From an uncultured delta proteobacterium (lineage in GTDB: Bacteria > Desulfobacterota > Zymogenia > Zymogenales > Zymogenaceae): 64,000 bases of DNA. Positions 21,898-32,216 of this stretch are shown piece after piece. The notes under the pieces were generated by a model. That model did not search any database. It saw nothing but the letters and a program-made list of their open reading frames with translations, and had not been told where the DNA came from. Where the stretch lies: NCBI GenBank assembly GCA_963792965.1, contig CAWBYW010000010.1, positions 35,949 to 99,948 on the forward strand, given 5' to 3'. The position numbers and the translations under genes were made by a program. Within the stretch, counting starts at the first letter, position 1. Each line of letters begins with the position of its first letter.

Positions 21898-22253
21898 CGG
21901 CCTTCCTCGAGGATATCGGTGATCGCCCGGTGCAGCAGGGAAAATGAGAGGGAGATCATTGGCGTGGGAGAGAGCCGCAAAACCAGGTAGTTCCCGTCCT
22001 CGAGGGGAGCCGTGATGATGTAGACCTCATCGGTCCTGATGAAGACCTCACGGTGTTTTCCCGCGTTTATGCGTTTTTCAATGGTGGAGAGTTTCTGGTG
22101 AACGAGCACCATATGGGCCCCGAGGAGCTTCATCTGGTACTCGTTTTCAGGGGCATAGGTAATGATCTCGTCGCCGTGGCGGTCGACGAGAATACATCCG
22201 GACGCATGGGGAATCTCTTCGACGAGCCGCTTTATCGTATCAAGGTACAACAT
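21894..22253 (-). CDS. Roadblock/LC7 domain protein
   Basis: 119 aa, L..LV..IP.A.G.ILVD..G..I pattern and beta-rich C-terminus. Confidence 0.65.
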   Translation of the reverse strand: MLYLDTIKRLVEEIPHASGCILVDRHGDEIITYAPENEYQMKLLGAHMVLVHQKLSTIEKRINAGKHREVFIRTDEVYIITAPLEDGNYLVLRLSPTPMISLSFSLLHRAITDILEEGR

Positions 22254-22263
22254 CGTCGCCCCC

Positions 22264-25200
22264 TTATGAGGTCAATTTAACCGAAACGGTTTTCGATACC
22301 CCCGGCTCTTCCATGGTAATGCCGTAAAGAGTATCGGCCATCTCCATGGTTCTTTTGTTATGGGTAATGAGAATCACCTGAGAAGAGAAGGAAATCTCCT
22401 TGAGGAGGTCGATGATCCTCTCGGTATTGACGTCATCCAGCGGCGCATCCATCTCGTCCATCATACAGAAGGGGGTCGGCTTGACGATGAAGATGGCGAA
22501 AATCAGGGAGATGGTGGTGAGCGCCTTTTCACCGCCGGACAGCAGTGTGATGCTCGACAGCCTTTTGCCCGGCGGCTGGGCCAGGATGTCAACGCCGCTC
22601 TCGAGGGGATCTTCCTCGTCGGTCAGGATCAATCGAGCCCGTCCGCCCGGCAGGAGTCTGGCGAAAACCTCCCTGAATTTGCCGTCTATCTCCTGGAAGG
22701 CCGCCATGAAGCGCTCCCGCGACTTTTTGTCTATTCGCTTTATGGTGCTGTTGAGCGAATCGAGGGATGTAACAAGGTCCGACTGCTGGGTCTTGAGGAA
22801 CTCGTATCGCTCGGCCAGCGTGTTATATTCCGAGAGGGCCATGAGGTTTACCTCGCCGAAGCGATCGATCTTCCGTTTAGTGCTCTCAAGCCGTGACGTG
22901 AGCTCTTCGTCGCTGATCTCATCGGAGAGATGGCCGGTATAGACCTCGTTGAGGTCTTCATGGTGCCGCTCCTGGATGCGGGTGACCAGATTCTCTTTCT
23001 CCCAGAGCGATTCCTTCACCCTGTCCCTTTCGGTCTGGATATCCTCGCGGACGGACGAGAGGAGCTTGGCCAGCTGCTTCCTCTCTTCGTCCAGCTCACG
23101 CTGCCTGATGACGGCCGCGTCGAGCTGCGCTCGCGCGTCTCGTATCAGGTCTTCGGTCCGTTTTGACTGCTCAATGGCCGAATAAAGCGACTTCTCCGTC
23201 TCGCCGATCTTTTGCGTATACTGCTCGATCTCGCCCGTGCCGCTTGCGGCGGCGGCGTGCTTATTCTCTATATCCCGCTGGGCGCGCTCGATCTGCCGGC
23301 GATGCTCCTCGACGGAGGCCAGGAGGTGACGCGCGTTGTCCTGAGCGGTATTCAACGACAGCTTGATCTCGGTCTGCCGATCTTCAAGCAGGCGCATTTC
23401 CTGCCGGCGATCCGCGAGCGACGACTTGAGGCTTTCCGATCGGATCTTCAGCTCCCCCTCGCCCTTCTCGGCCTCGGTGAGCAGGGTCATGGACTCCTCA
23501 TACTCTGCCTTCAGTCGCTCGATTTCCGCGCCGTCGCGCTCGATCTCGGACGTGATGACGGCCAGGGTCTTGAGGAGACGCTCGTGGTCCCGCTCATGCG
23601 AGACGAGCTCCTTTTCGACCTCGCTTGCCCGGATGGTGAGCGCCGTGAGCTGTTGCTCGGTCTCCTTTTCTTCCTTCTGCTGCACCGCCAGCCGCGACCG
23701 TGTCTCCTGGAGCCGGGCGGCCTTTTCCGTAAGGCCACGCTCGATCTTTGAAAGCTCTGTGTCGAGCGTCTTTTTTTCTCGCTTATTTTTAAGGAGAGAG
23801 AACTGCTGCTTTAGTCCCCCGCCGCCGAAGATAATGCCGTCGCGGGTAAGCACCTCCCCCTCGAGGGTCACGAGGGCGACCTCGGGCCTGTGTTGTTTCC
23901 AGATCTCGATGGCGCGGCCGAGGTCCGCCGTTAGACAGGCGCCGCCCAACAGCGCCGAGAATATGTCGGAATTGGGCCCCTTGACCGTCACGAACTCGTG
24001 GAGTCTGCCCATGACACCATCCGCGTCGACCGACGGGCGTCCCGTCTGCCGGCCCGACTCGCTGACGGAAATAAAGACGGCGCGCCCCGCCTGCGACGTC
24101 TTGAGGCGGTCGATGTGGTTCTTTGCGTCTTTCGGGTCCCTGACCACGACGGCGGAGATCATCTCGCCGAGGTATCCCTCCAGGGCCCTTTCGTGCCGCT
24201 CGTCGGATTCGATGAAGTCGGCCAATATTCCGAGGACCCCTTCCCGATCGCCGCTCATGACGCTCTTTGTCCCCTCGGTGAGCCCCTCGAAGTTCTTCTC
24301 CATCTCCTCCAGCGACCGTTTCCTCAGGCTCGCCTTCGTCACGTCGGCTTCCGCTTCCTGATGCTCTTTTGCGAGGCGGGCCTCCTCTTCCCTGAGGCGG
24401 GAAAGATCGTCCTGCACCTTCGAGACGGCCGTGGCGGCCTGGTCGCGCTGCGAGTTCGTCTTCTCTTTCTCGGCTGCGGCCTGCGAGAGCGCTCGCTCGA
24501 CTCGCGCGAGCTCCTCGGTCAGGCTTGCTGTCTCCCGTGTCTTTTTGGCAATACCCTCTTCAGAGCGCTCGATCCACTTCTCCGACGAGGTGATGGTGTT
24601 GTGCAGCCCGGCGATACGGGATGCCTCGGCCGTCTGGCTCTCCCTGAGGGATTCCCACGTAAGAGAAAGCTCATCGATGACCGCCGTGAGCGCGTCGATC
24701 TTATCCTCGACGATTTCAAGCTCCTGTCCGTGAGAGCGGGCATCCTGTTGACATCCCTCGATCTCGGCCCCTATCCCTTCGATCCTAACTTCGGTATCCC
24801 CGATGAGGCGACTGAGCGCCTCGATATCCCGCGTGAAGACCCCGTTCTGGTTCTCGGTCATCAATATGCGGTCTTTGAGGTGGTCGATCTGTTGCTCGAG
24901 GGTCTTGATGTCGGTCTCGTTGGCGTAGAAGCTCTTCTGGACCTCGGAGAACGCCTCCTCCTTTTCGAGGGCGGCCGTTTTCTCTTGTTCGATGGTCCCC
25001 TCAAGGACCGAGAAACGGGTCGAGAGGACGGTTTCTTCCCGCTCTTTCTGTCCGATAACCGCGTTTATCCGGTCGATCTCGGAGCAAAATGAGACGAACT
25101 GCTTGGCGGCGGTGATGAGCTCCAGGCGCTTGATCTCGGACTTGAGGCCCTTGTACTCCTCGGCCTTTTTGGCTTGCTGGGACAGCGAGTCCATTTGCCG

Positions 25201-25806
25201 CTTCACCTCGCCGATGATATCGCCGATTCGGACGAGGTTGTTCTGGGTGGCCTCCATCTTCCGCTGTGACTCGAGTTTCTTGGCCTTGTACTTCGTGATA
25301 CCCGCGGCTTCCTCGATGATGGTGCGCCGATCGAGCGGCCGCGCGGTGATGATATCACCGATCTGGCCCTGGGCGATCATCGAGTAGGTCTTGGATCCGA
25401 CACCGGTGCCGAGGAAGAGGTCGGTGATGTCTTTGAGGCGGCAGGGAGTCTTGTTAAGGAAGTATTCGCTTTCCCCCGAGCGGTAGATCCGCCGGCGGAC
25501 GGTGATCTCGTTGTAGTGGGAGAAGCTGTGAGAAAGGTTTCCGTCGATATTGCCGAAGGTCAGGGTGACTTCGGCCATCCCGAGGGGCTTTTTCTCGCGG
25601 GAGCCGTTGAAGATGATATCCTCCATCGACTTTCCGCGAAGGCTCTTTGCGCTCTGCTCGCCCAAGGCCCACTTGATGGCGTCCATCAGATTTGATTTGC
25701 CGGAGCCGTTGGGCCCGACGATGGCGGTAATGCCGTCGGGGAAGGTGAGGGTAACCTTATCGATGAAGGATTTAAAACCGATGATGTCGAGTTTCTTTAG
25801 TTTCAT
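22264..25806 (-). CDS. smc: Chromosome segregation protein SMC
   Basis: GFKSF, GPNGSGKSN, hinge, LSGGEK, DEMDAPLD; 1180 aa. Confidence 0.97.
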   Translation of the reverse strand: MKLKKLDIIGFKSFIDKVTLTFPDGITAIVGPNGSGKSNLMDAIKWALGEQSAKSLRGKSMEDIIFNGSREKKPLGMAEVTLTFGNIDGNLSHSFSHYNEITVRRRIYRSGESEYFLNKTPCRLKDITDLFLGTGVGSKTYSMIAQGQIGDIITARPLDRRTIIEEAAGITKYKAKKLESQRKMEATQNNLVRIGDIIGEVKRQMDSLSQQAKKAEEYKGLKSEIKRLELITAAKQFVSFCSEIDRINAVIGQKEREETVLSTRFSVLEGTIEQEKTAALEKEEAFSEVQKSFYANETDIKTLEQQIDHLKDRILMTENQNGVFTRDIEALSRLIGDTEVRIEGIGAEIEGCQQDARSHGQELEIVEDKIDALTAVIDELSLTWESLRESQTAEASRIAGLHNTITSSEKWIERSEEGIAKKTRETASLTEELARVERALSQAAAEKEKTNSQRDQAATAVSKVQDDLSRLREEEARLAKEHQEAEADVTKASLRKRSLEEMEKNFEGLTEGTKSVMSGDREGVLGILADFIESDERHERALEGYLGEMISAVVVRDPKDAKNHIDRLKTSQAGRAVFISVSESGRQTGRPSVDADGVMGRLHEFVTVKGPNSDIFSALLGGACLTADLGRAIEIWKQHRPEVALVTLEGEVLTRDGIIFGGGGLKQQFSLLKNKREKKTLDTELSKIERGLTEKAARLQETRSRLAVQQKEEKETEQQLTALTIRASEVEKELVSHERDHERLLKTLAVITSEIERDGAEIERLKAEYEESMTLLTEAEKGEGELKIRSESLKSSLADRRQEMRLLEDRQTEIKLSLNTAQDNARHLLASVEEHRRQIERAQRDIENKHAAAASGTGEIEQYTQKIGETEKSLYSAIEQSKRTEDLIRDARAQLDAAVIRQRELDEERKQLAKLLSSVREDIQTERDRVKESLWEKENLVTRIQERHHEDLNEVYTGHLSDEISDEELTSRLESTKRKIDRFGEVNLMALSEYNTLAERYEFLKTQQSDLVTSLDSLNSTIKRIDKKSRERFMAAFQEIDGKFREVFARLLPGGRARLILTDEEDPLESGVDILAQPPGKRLSSITLLSGGEKALTTISLIFAIFIVKPTPFCMMDEMDAPLDDVNTERIIDLLKEISFSSQVILITHNKRTMEMADTLYGITMEEPGVSKTVSVKLTS

Positions 25807-25919
25807 GGGTCCCGCGTTGTGATTATTTTTATCACAGCTGAGCGGTCTTGTAAAGCAAAAACTGATATATAGAGTCTATTGAGAGAACCAACCACAAGAT
25901 GTAGTATACAAGGCTGTTC

Positions 25920-27035
25920 TCAGGCTGAAACAGGGTCTCGCCGGTCGTTTTTCTCCGGGATGTAGGGACACAACGGCTCCTGTCCGAGATAATCTCCGGA
26001 GCTAAAGAGGGCCCGGGCCCTGCACCCGCCGCATACATCCACGTACCGGCAGACACCGCACTTGCCCGAGAGAAGGGAGTAGTCGCGCAGGCGCCTAAAA
26101 GGCTCGGCGTCATACCAGATGTCTTTGATGGGCGTCTGCCTGATGTTCCCGCCCGAGACCTCAAGGTAGCCGCAGGGCTGGGTCGTGCCATCGTGAGAGA
26201 TAAAGAGGAACGATATCCCACCAAGGCACCCCCGGGTGGACGCCGCAAGGCCGTGGGCGGCCTCGGTGAGGGTCCGTCCCTCCCGAGCCGCAATCTCGCG
26301 CTTGATACGCATATACTGGGGGGCGCAGGTGACTTTCACGGGGTAGGGAGCGGCCTCTTCGTAGCGGACCAGATCCGTAAGCAGTGCCTCATACTGGTCC
26401 TTCGTCAGCGAATCGGCGGCCATCTCGGCTCCCCTTCCCGTCGGGACGAGGAGGAAGAGGTGGTGGGCGTCCACGCCGAGACGTCGGGCGAGGGCCTCGA
26501 TTTCGGCAAGCTCGCCGATATTGCGCCTGGTGACGGTGGTGTTGATCTGAAAGGAGAGCCCCTCCGCCTTGGCATGCCCTATGCCGGCCAGCGCCCCCGC
26601 GAAGGCCCCTCGGACGCCCCGCAGCGAATCGTGGGATTCGGCGTCCTTCCCGTCGACCGAAATCGATATCCGTGCGATCCCGGCGTCCATCAGGTCTCTT
26701 ACGATCGGCCGGTCAAGAAGGGTCCCGTTGGTGGCAAGCACCATCCTGAGCCCGAGCTCGTTTCCCCCGCGCGCGATATCGAAGAGGTCACGGCGCAACA
26801 GTGGCTCTCCTCCGGTGATGATGACGATGGGGGATGAAAAGGACGCGATATCTCCGAGGAGCCGAAGTGATTCCTGGGTCGAAAGCTCGCCGGAATACGG
26901 GCCCCGCCCGGCGGACGCCCGGCAGTGGGCGCACGCCAGATTGCAGGAGCGGGTGAGCTCCCAGGCAACAAGTCTGAGTGTCGGCGGCGAGCCGCTTGTG
27001 GCTTTCATTGGGGCGTGAGGCATTGGAGTTATCAC
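25920..27035 (-). CDS. ahbD: Radical SAM/SPASM protein, probable heme b synthase AhbD
   Basis: [26 protein letters not shown] Cys cluster GKCG.C...CGGCRARA; directly after hemB as in siroheme-dependent heme operons. Confidence 0.75.
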   Translation of the reverse strand: MITPMPHAPMKATSGSPPTLRLVAWELTRSCNLACAHCRASAGRGPYSGELSTQESLRLLGDIASFSSPIVIITGGEPLLRRDLFDIARGGNELGLRMVLATNGTLLDRPIVRDLMDAGIARISISVDGKDAESHDSLRGVRGAFAGALAGIGHAKAEGLSFQINTTVTRRNIGELAEIEALARRLGVDAHHLFLLVPTGRGAEMAADSLTKDQYEALLTDLVRYEEAAPYPVKVTCAPQYMRIKREIAAREGRTLTEAAHGLAASTRGCLGGISFLFISHDGTTQPCGYLEVSGGNIRQTPIKDIWYDAEPFRRLRDYSLLSGKCGVCRYVDVCGGCRARALFSSGDYLGQEPLCPYIPEKNDRRDPVSA

Positions 27036-28006
27036 TCTGTCAGGAGTCTGGCCGCGTCGGGGGCGAAATAGGTGAGGATCAGGTCGGCGCCCGCGCGCTT
27101 AATGGAGACGAGGCTCTCCATCATGACGCGCTCCCCGTCGATCCAGCCGTTTTTTGCCGCGGCCTTTATCATGGCATACTCGCCGCTGACGTGATAGGCC
27201 GCGATCGGAATGTCAAAGCGGTCCCGCACGCGCCTGATCACATCGAGATAGGGCAGCGCCGGCTTGATCATGATGATGTCCGCGCCCTCATCGATGTCAA
27301 GCTCGACCTCCCTGAGCGCCTCCCGGACGTTGGCCGGCGGCATCTGATACGAGCGACGGTCACCGAAGGCGGGTGCGGAGCCGGCCGCCTCCCGAAAGGG
27401 GCCGTAGAAGCTCGAGGCGTACTTGGCGGCGTACGACATGATCGGCACGTCAAAAAAACCTTCGTCGTCCAGCGCCCGTCGAATAAAGCCGACCCTCCCA
27501 TCCATCATATCCGAGGGCGCCACGATGTCGGCCCCGGCCTTGGCGTGGGAGAGGGCCATCCGTGCCAGGAGCTCGAGGGTGGGATCGTTCATGATCTTCC
27601 CGTCCGAGACGATGCCGCAGTGCCCGTGGCTCGTATATTCGCACAGGCACACATCCGTGATCACGACGAGGTCCGGCACGCTGTCCTTCACGGCCCTGAC
27701 GGCGGTCTGGACGACGCCGTCGTCGTCGTAACCCGAGCTTCCCAGCTCGTCCTTGGTCTGGGGGATCCCGAAGAGGATGACGGCTCCGATCCCCAGACGA
27801 TGGATCTGTTTTGCCTGTTCAACCAACAGGTCCAGGGACAGTCGGAAGATCCCGGGCATCGCCGAGATTTCCTCTTTTTTGTCCTTGCCGAAGACGACGA
27901 ACATCGGATAGATGAAATCGTCGATGGAGAGCCTGGTCTCCTCGACCATCCCCCGGAGGGTCCCACTCATGCGCATTCGCCTCATCCGCGTCTTCGGAAA
28001 CGCCAC
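27032..28006 (-). CDS. hemB: Porphobilinogen synthase
   Basis: [13 protein letters not shown] Zn site, [19 protein letters not shown]; GTG start with GGAG RBS. Confidence 0.97.
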   Translation of the reverse strand: MAFPKTRMRRMRMSGTLRGMVEETRLSIDDFIYPMFVVFGKDKKEEISAMPGIFRLSLDLLVEQAKQIHRLGIGAVILFGIPQTKDELGSSGYDDDGVVQTAVRAVKDSVPDLVVITDVCLCEYTSHGHCGIVSDGKIMNDPTLELLARMALSHAKAGADIVAPSDMMDGRVGFIRRALDDEGFFDVPIMSYAAKYASSFYGPFREAAGSAPAFGDRRSYQMPPANVREALREVELDIDEGADIIMIKPALPYLDVIRRVRDRFDIPIAAYHVSGEYAMIKAAAKNGWIDGERVMMESLVSIKRAGADLILTYFAPDAARLLTE

Positions 28007-28117
28007 GGTTGTTCTCCAGCCAATGTAACTTTTAGATTTTATCATAAGGGTCGATTCTTTTCAAGATAATTTGACTCGGCCCCCGATCGGCGGTAAGATA
28101 GAACTACATTCTTTCCC

Positions 28118-28879
28118 ATGCGGTTTATGAAGAAGAGAACGGTATCGGCGCTCCTCGCCATTTTTCTGTGCATACTCCCCTCGGTTGCCTCCGCCCACGA
28201 GGACACCCCGGCGACGAAGGTGGTCGTCCTTGTCCACGGGTACATGGATACCCGCCTCAATCTCTTCTTCATGGAGCGGGAGTTCGCCCGCGATGGGTAC
28301 GTGGTCATTAACAAGACCTACCCGAGCGTCAGCCTCAGCATCGAGGAATGCGCCGCCTATTTGGCCGCCACCATCCAGCGGGAGGTCGTCAAAATCAGGG
28401 GGCCCTATGAGCTCTATTTCGTGGCCCACAGCATGGGGGGACTGGTCGTGCGGTGCTACCTCAACAGCTATCGGCCGAAGGAGGCACGGCGGTTTGTCAT
28501 GATTTCTACTCCCAACCGGGGAGTGATGAAGGCGGAGCTGGCCGCGAGAGTCCCCCTGGCCGATAAGATACTCGGCCCCGCAGGGATGGAAATGGCCAGA
28601 GGGCAGGATTTTCTGTGCGGCCTTTGCGGGGGTGCTCCTCGCGTTGAGTTCGGGATCATCGCGGGCGGACGGGGCGACGATAAGGGCTACTCCACCCTCA
28701 TCCCCGGTGACGATGACGGCACGGTCGCCGTCTGGTCCGCCTATCTTCCCGGTGCCGCGGACTATCTGCTGCTCAATCACGTCCACCGGTTCATCTGCTT
28801 TCAAAACGACACGATTGAGAACACCAGGGCGTTTCTTGAAAACGGGTCGTTCCTGACCCACACCGAGGCGCCGAGGTAA
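28118..28879 (+). CDS. Secreted lipase-like alpha/beta hydrolase
   Basis: Signal peptide; LVHGY, AHSMGG, DDGTV, C-terminal His. Confidence 0.8.
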   Translation: MRFMKKRTVSALLAIFLCILPSVASAHEDTPATKVVVLVHGYMDTRLNLFFMEREFARDGYVVINKTYPSVSLSIEECAAYLAATIQREVVKIRGPYELYFVAHSMGGLVVRCYLNSYRPKEARRFVMISTPNRGVMKAELAARVPLADKILGPAGMEMARGQDFLCGLCGGAPRVEFGIIAGGRGDDKGYSTLIPGDDDGTVAVWSAYLPGAADYLLLNHVHRFICFQNDTIENTRAFLENGSFLTHTEAPR

Positions 28880-29200
28880 AAAATGAGAAAAGGCCGGACT
28901 GCGGATCAGCCCGTCCCGACCGTGAGGGTTACCCGACGCCGATGGGCGGTGCCGCGTCCTAATCCGGACTAAAACCAGATAGTAATAATATAAAAATAAT
29001 ACTTTTTACTTGACATCTTTATTTTTTTTAATAGAATACTAATATATGTTGTCAAGAGATCGTTTTTTTGATATGAGTGGTGCACCCTCCAGGATGGGTG
29101 CGATCGGAGAAAGCTGAAAAGCCGCGCCGGGAATGTGTTATCGGTCAGTGGGCGTCCCGTGCGTGATATATCAAACCGTAATTCTTTATAAATACCATAT

Positions 29201-29638
29201 ATGGCTGAACCGGAAACATACGACATTAAGGCACGAAGCTACTCCGCCGCGTTCGTGATGGATCTGTTCGACATCACACGTCAGCAGCTCTACTACTGGA
29301 GGAAGAACCTCCTCAAGTCTCAAGGGAGAGGAACCGGCAAACAGACCACCTATTCTTTTCTCGATCTGGTGGCCATAAAGACGATCCTCAACCTCAAGGA
29401 GGAAGGGGTCTCGACCAACATGATCACCCGCGTCATCAAGAAATCAAAGGACCTCTTCCCGGACATGGAGAATCTCCTCACGAGCACACCGATCATTCCC
29501 GCCGGAGGAAGGCTCATCGTCATCTACCGGGGCAACGCCTACGAGGGAACGACGGGCCAGGGGGTCTTTATCAGCCTCCTGGAAGTGGAACGTGAACTGG
29601 AGGAGAGTATCAGGGAGAAGCTGCGGGCCACCGCCTAA
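29201..29638 (+). CDS. MerR-like HTH transcriptional regulator
   Basis: YS...V..LFDITRQQLYYW...YSFLDLV.IKTI..L...GVS. Confidence 0.75.
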   Translation: MAEPETYDIKARSYSAAFVMDLFDITRQQLYYWRKNLLKSQGRGTGKQTTYSFLDLVAIKTILNLKEEGVSTNMITRVIKKSKDLFPDMENLLTSTPIIPAGGRLIVIYRGNAYEGTTGQGVFISLLEVERELEESIREKLRATA

Positions 29639-29759
29639 ACGGAGTGTCGTTCGGATTTTTTTCTGTCGGGACGATTGCCGATTGTACGAACGGTACTATT
29701 CTGCGGCGGAACCGATGAAATTAATACCTTAGTTGGTTGAAAGGAGAACAGCGCCGCAT

Positions 29760-30266
29760 ATGCCCCCACAACACGATGATTGTCCTCTCTGCTGCCCGAA
29801 TCCCAAGGATATTCTGTTTGACAGTAACAATTTCTACCTGATGACGTCCAAGAGCGCCGGCGACACCATCATCATCCCCAAAGACCACTACGTGACCATG
29901 GCGGACCTTCCCGAGGAATTCACCCCGGAATTTGACGAGATGCGGCACCTCGTCAAGAAGATCCTCAGGGTTGACTTCGGCTCCTGCGTCTTTTACGAGC
30001 ACACGGGCGGCGGATACGCCTGGACCTTCGTGGGCCACGGGGACGGCCACGGGCACGCCCACCTTCACTGCGCCACGGCGGTCAACGGGCTCTTGACGCG
30101 GCTGCCCGAGTCCTACGTCAAAAAAGAGGTCGATTCCTGGAGACAGGTCCTCGATTCACGGAGGGGCGGGGAAAATTACTTCTATTTCGAGGACAAGAAC
30201 GATAAGAAGTTTGTCATCCTCGTCACCGACGAGGGAAGACATCTCGCCGAAGACGTCATGAAATAG
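29760..30266 (+). CDS. HIT superfamily (CwfJ-like) protein
   Basis: N-terminal CPLC, IIPKDH, FYEH, HAHLH triad. Confidence 0.65.
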   Translation: MPPQHDDCPLCCPNPKDILFDSNNFYLMTSKSAGDTIIIPKDHYVTMADLPEEFTPEFDEMRHLVKKILRVDFGSCVFYEHTGGGYAWTFVGHGDGHGHAHLHCATAVNGLLTRLPESYVKKEVDSWRQVLDSRRGGENYFYFEDKNDKKFVILVTDEGRHLAEDVMK

Positions 30267-31725
30267 TCCCTCGACTCAGGTACTGTCCGTACCTCACCAG
30301 ACCCGAAAGGGCCACCGCCGCCCGCAGGGGCGAGGGATAAACTAAAATCCCCTTCCGATGTAAGATCTCCTTGAACTCATTCTTCTCTTCAAAGACTACC
30401 TGATCCACCACCGGGATGATCGGCTTCTTGAAGATGTCAATGAGTGCCACGATCGACTCGGCCGTCGTCTCGTCGGCGGTTATGTAGTGGTGTGCAACCT
30501 CTTTCATGTCGTAGAGGTGCGCGTAGGGAGAATCGAGCATGAATCTCCCCCGGACGTTCCCGTAGCCGATTCCCAACAGCATCAGCGCATCGATGTAGTC
30601 GGTCTCAAGGAGGGCCGTCAGCGGTTTTTTGAAGTCACCGTCTTTGAGCCCGGCGACGAGGTCAACCGGATTATTCCTGCTCCAGTAGGGCGGGAGGATC
30701 TCGCCGAGGCGCTTTATCGTCTCCGGCTTCAGCGGCACTACGTCCAGGCCGTTGGCCTCAAGCGCATCGGCGGCCATCACCCCCCAGCCGCCGCCAAGGG
30801 TGATGACCCCCACCCGCCGGCCGCGCGGTATCGGCTGAGATGAAAAGGCCGCTGCAAAGTCGGTCATCTCCTCGATATCGCGCGCCCGGATGACCCCCGC
30901 GGAGCTGAAGGCGGCGCGGTAGATCTCGTCGCTTCCGGCCATCGCCCCGGTATGGGACGCACCGGCGCGGGCGCCGGCCGAGGTGCCGCCCGATTTGATG
31001 ATGATCACGGGTTTTTCCGCCGACGCCTCCTTCAGGCTCGAGAGAAAGGCGGCGCCGTCCTCCACACCCTCGACGTAGAGAAGGATGGATTTAGTCTCGG
31101 GGTCGTGGGCGAGATATTCGATGAAATCGTGCGCCGCAAGATCCCCCTCGTTGCCGCTTGAGACGAGCCGCGCGATCCCCAGCCCCCTTCTGCTCAGGCT
31201 CCGGGCGATGCTTGAGCCCATGTTACCGCTTTGCGTGACGACGGAAGCGCTTCCGGTCTCCGGGACGAACGAGGGCATCCACGCCGTGAGGCTCCTTTTG
31301 GGAAGGCTCACGATCCCCATGCAGTTGGGGCCGACGACGCGGATGTGACGCCGGCGTGCAAATCGCACGGTTTCTTCTTCGAGGGCGCGCCCGGCCTTGC
31401 CGGTCTCGGAGTATCCCGCGGTAATAATGACGGCCGCCGTTATCCCCTTGTCGCCCGCCTCATCAAGCACCCCGATGACCTTGTCGGTCGGCACGATAAT
31501 GACGGCCAGATCAACCTTTCCGGGGACCTCCCTGAGACTTTTGTAAGTGGGGAGCCCGAAGACCTCCTTCTGTCTCGGGTTAATGGGGTAGATCGTCCCC
31601 TTAAATCCCCCCGAGAGAATGTTATGAAGGATAATTGCTCCCCATTTGGCGAAAGTTGTGGATGCACCGACAATCGCTATAGATTCGGCGGAGAAAAAGG
31701 GAGAGAGATCTGTTTTCGGTTTCAT
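30256..31725 (-). CDS. ADP-forming acyl-CoA synthetase alpha subunit (CoA-binding protein)
   Basis: SIAIVGAS, GPNCMG, QSG, SHTGAMAG phospho-His, NPVD. Confidence 0.88.
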   Translation of the reverse strand: MKPKTDLSPFFSAESIAIVGASTTFAKWGAIILHNILSGGFKGTIYPINPRQKEVFGLPTYKSLREVPGKVDLAVIIVPTDKVIGVLDEAGDKGITAAVIITAGYSETGKAGRALEEETVRFARRRHIRVVGPNCMGIVSLPKRSLTAWMPSFVPETGSASVVTQSGNMGSSIARSLSRRGLGIARLVSSGNEGDLAAHDFIEYLAHDPETKSILLYVEGVEDGAAFLSSLKEASAEKPVIIIKSGGTSAGARAGASHTGAMAGSDEIYRAAFSSAGVIRARDIEEMTDFAAAFSSQPIPRGRRVGVITLGGGWGVMAADALEANGLDVVPLKPETIKRLGEILPPYWSRNNPVDLVAGLKDGDFKKPLTALLETDYIDALMLLGIGYGNVRGRFMLDSPYAHLYDMKEVAHHYITADETTAESIVALIDIFKKPIIPVVDQVVFEEKNEFKEILHRKGILVYPSPLRAAVALSGLVRYGQYLSRGTIS

Positions 31726-31849
31726 GTGGGCTCTCGGCAAACAAGTTCAATAGGTAGGATGATTTTATAGGTGAAGCCGGAAGGGAGTCAAGGGTTTTAC
31801 TCAAAAATCGACATCGTGTCCGAATCAGCGAGCGGGCGATCGCCTTGAT

Positions 31850-32020
31850 CCGGAGACGGGCGCACGTCACCGCACCCGCTATGTTTCGCTTCACGCCGCA
31901 ACTCCCCGGGTCGCCCGGGAAGAGGGTGCAGCGGTTGAAACAGCCGCGGCAGATTGCCCTCGGGCCGCGACGCGGCGCGCCGGGAAAAGGTCCCGACTCG
32001 GCGAGAGGTCGCGTTTTCAT
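31850..32020 (-). pseudogene. Fragment resembling the Cys-rich N-terminus of AmmeMemoRadiSam radical SAM enzyme
   Basis: AICRGCFNRCTLFPGDPGSCGVKRNIAG matches CxxCxxxCxLxxGxxGxCGVRxNxxG; no radical SAM domain follows. Confidence 0.5.
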
Positions 32021-32216
32021 GGATTGGACGAATTTTTCCATCCGCTTTCGGTGGTCCTTTAATAAAAAGACAAAGAGGGAAGCGGTTCTGGTATAATAGA
32101 GTTACCTCTCCCCCGGACGACGCGAATGCTCATAAAAATATGATATCGCAGATCCGCGGGGAAGTCAACGAGGCGGCGTGGCGCAGTCCCGGCTTTTCAG
32201 ATGAGGAAGAGGGCGT

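Noticed and set aside
16166-28069. Long overlapping ORFs (e.g. 16166-17158, 18535-19581, 20524-21375, 23998-25092, 26978-28069)
   Set aside because: Shadow ORFs overlapping tyrS, rny, 6S/ftsY, smc and hemB, expected in GC-rich DNA
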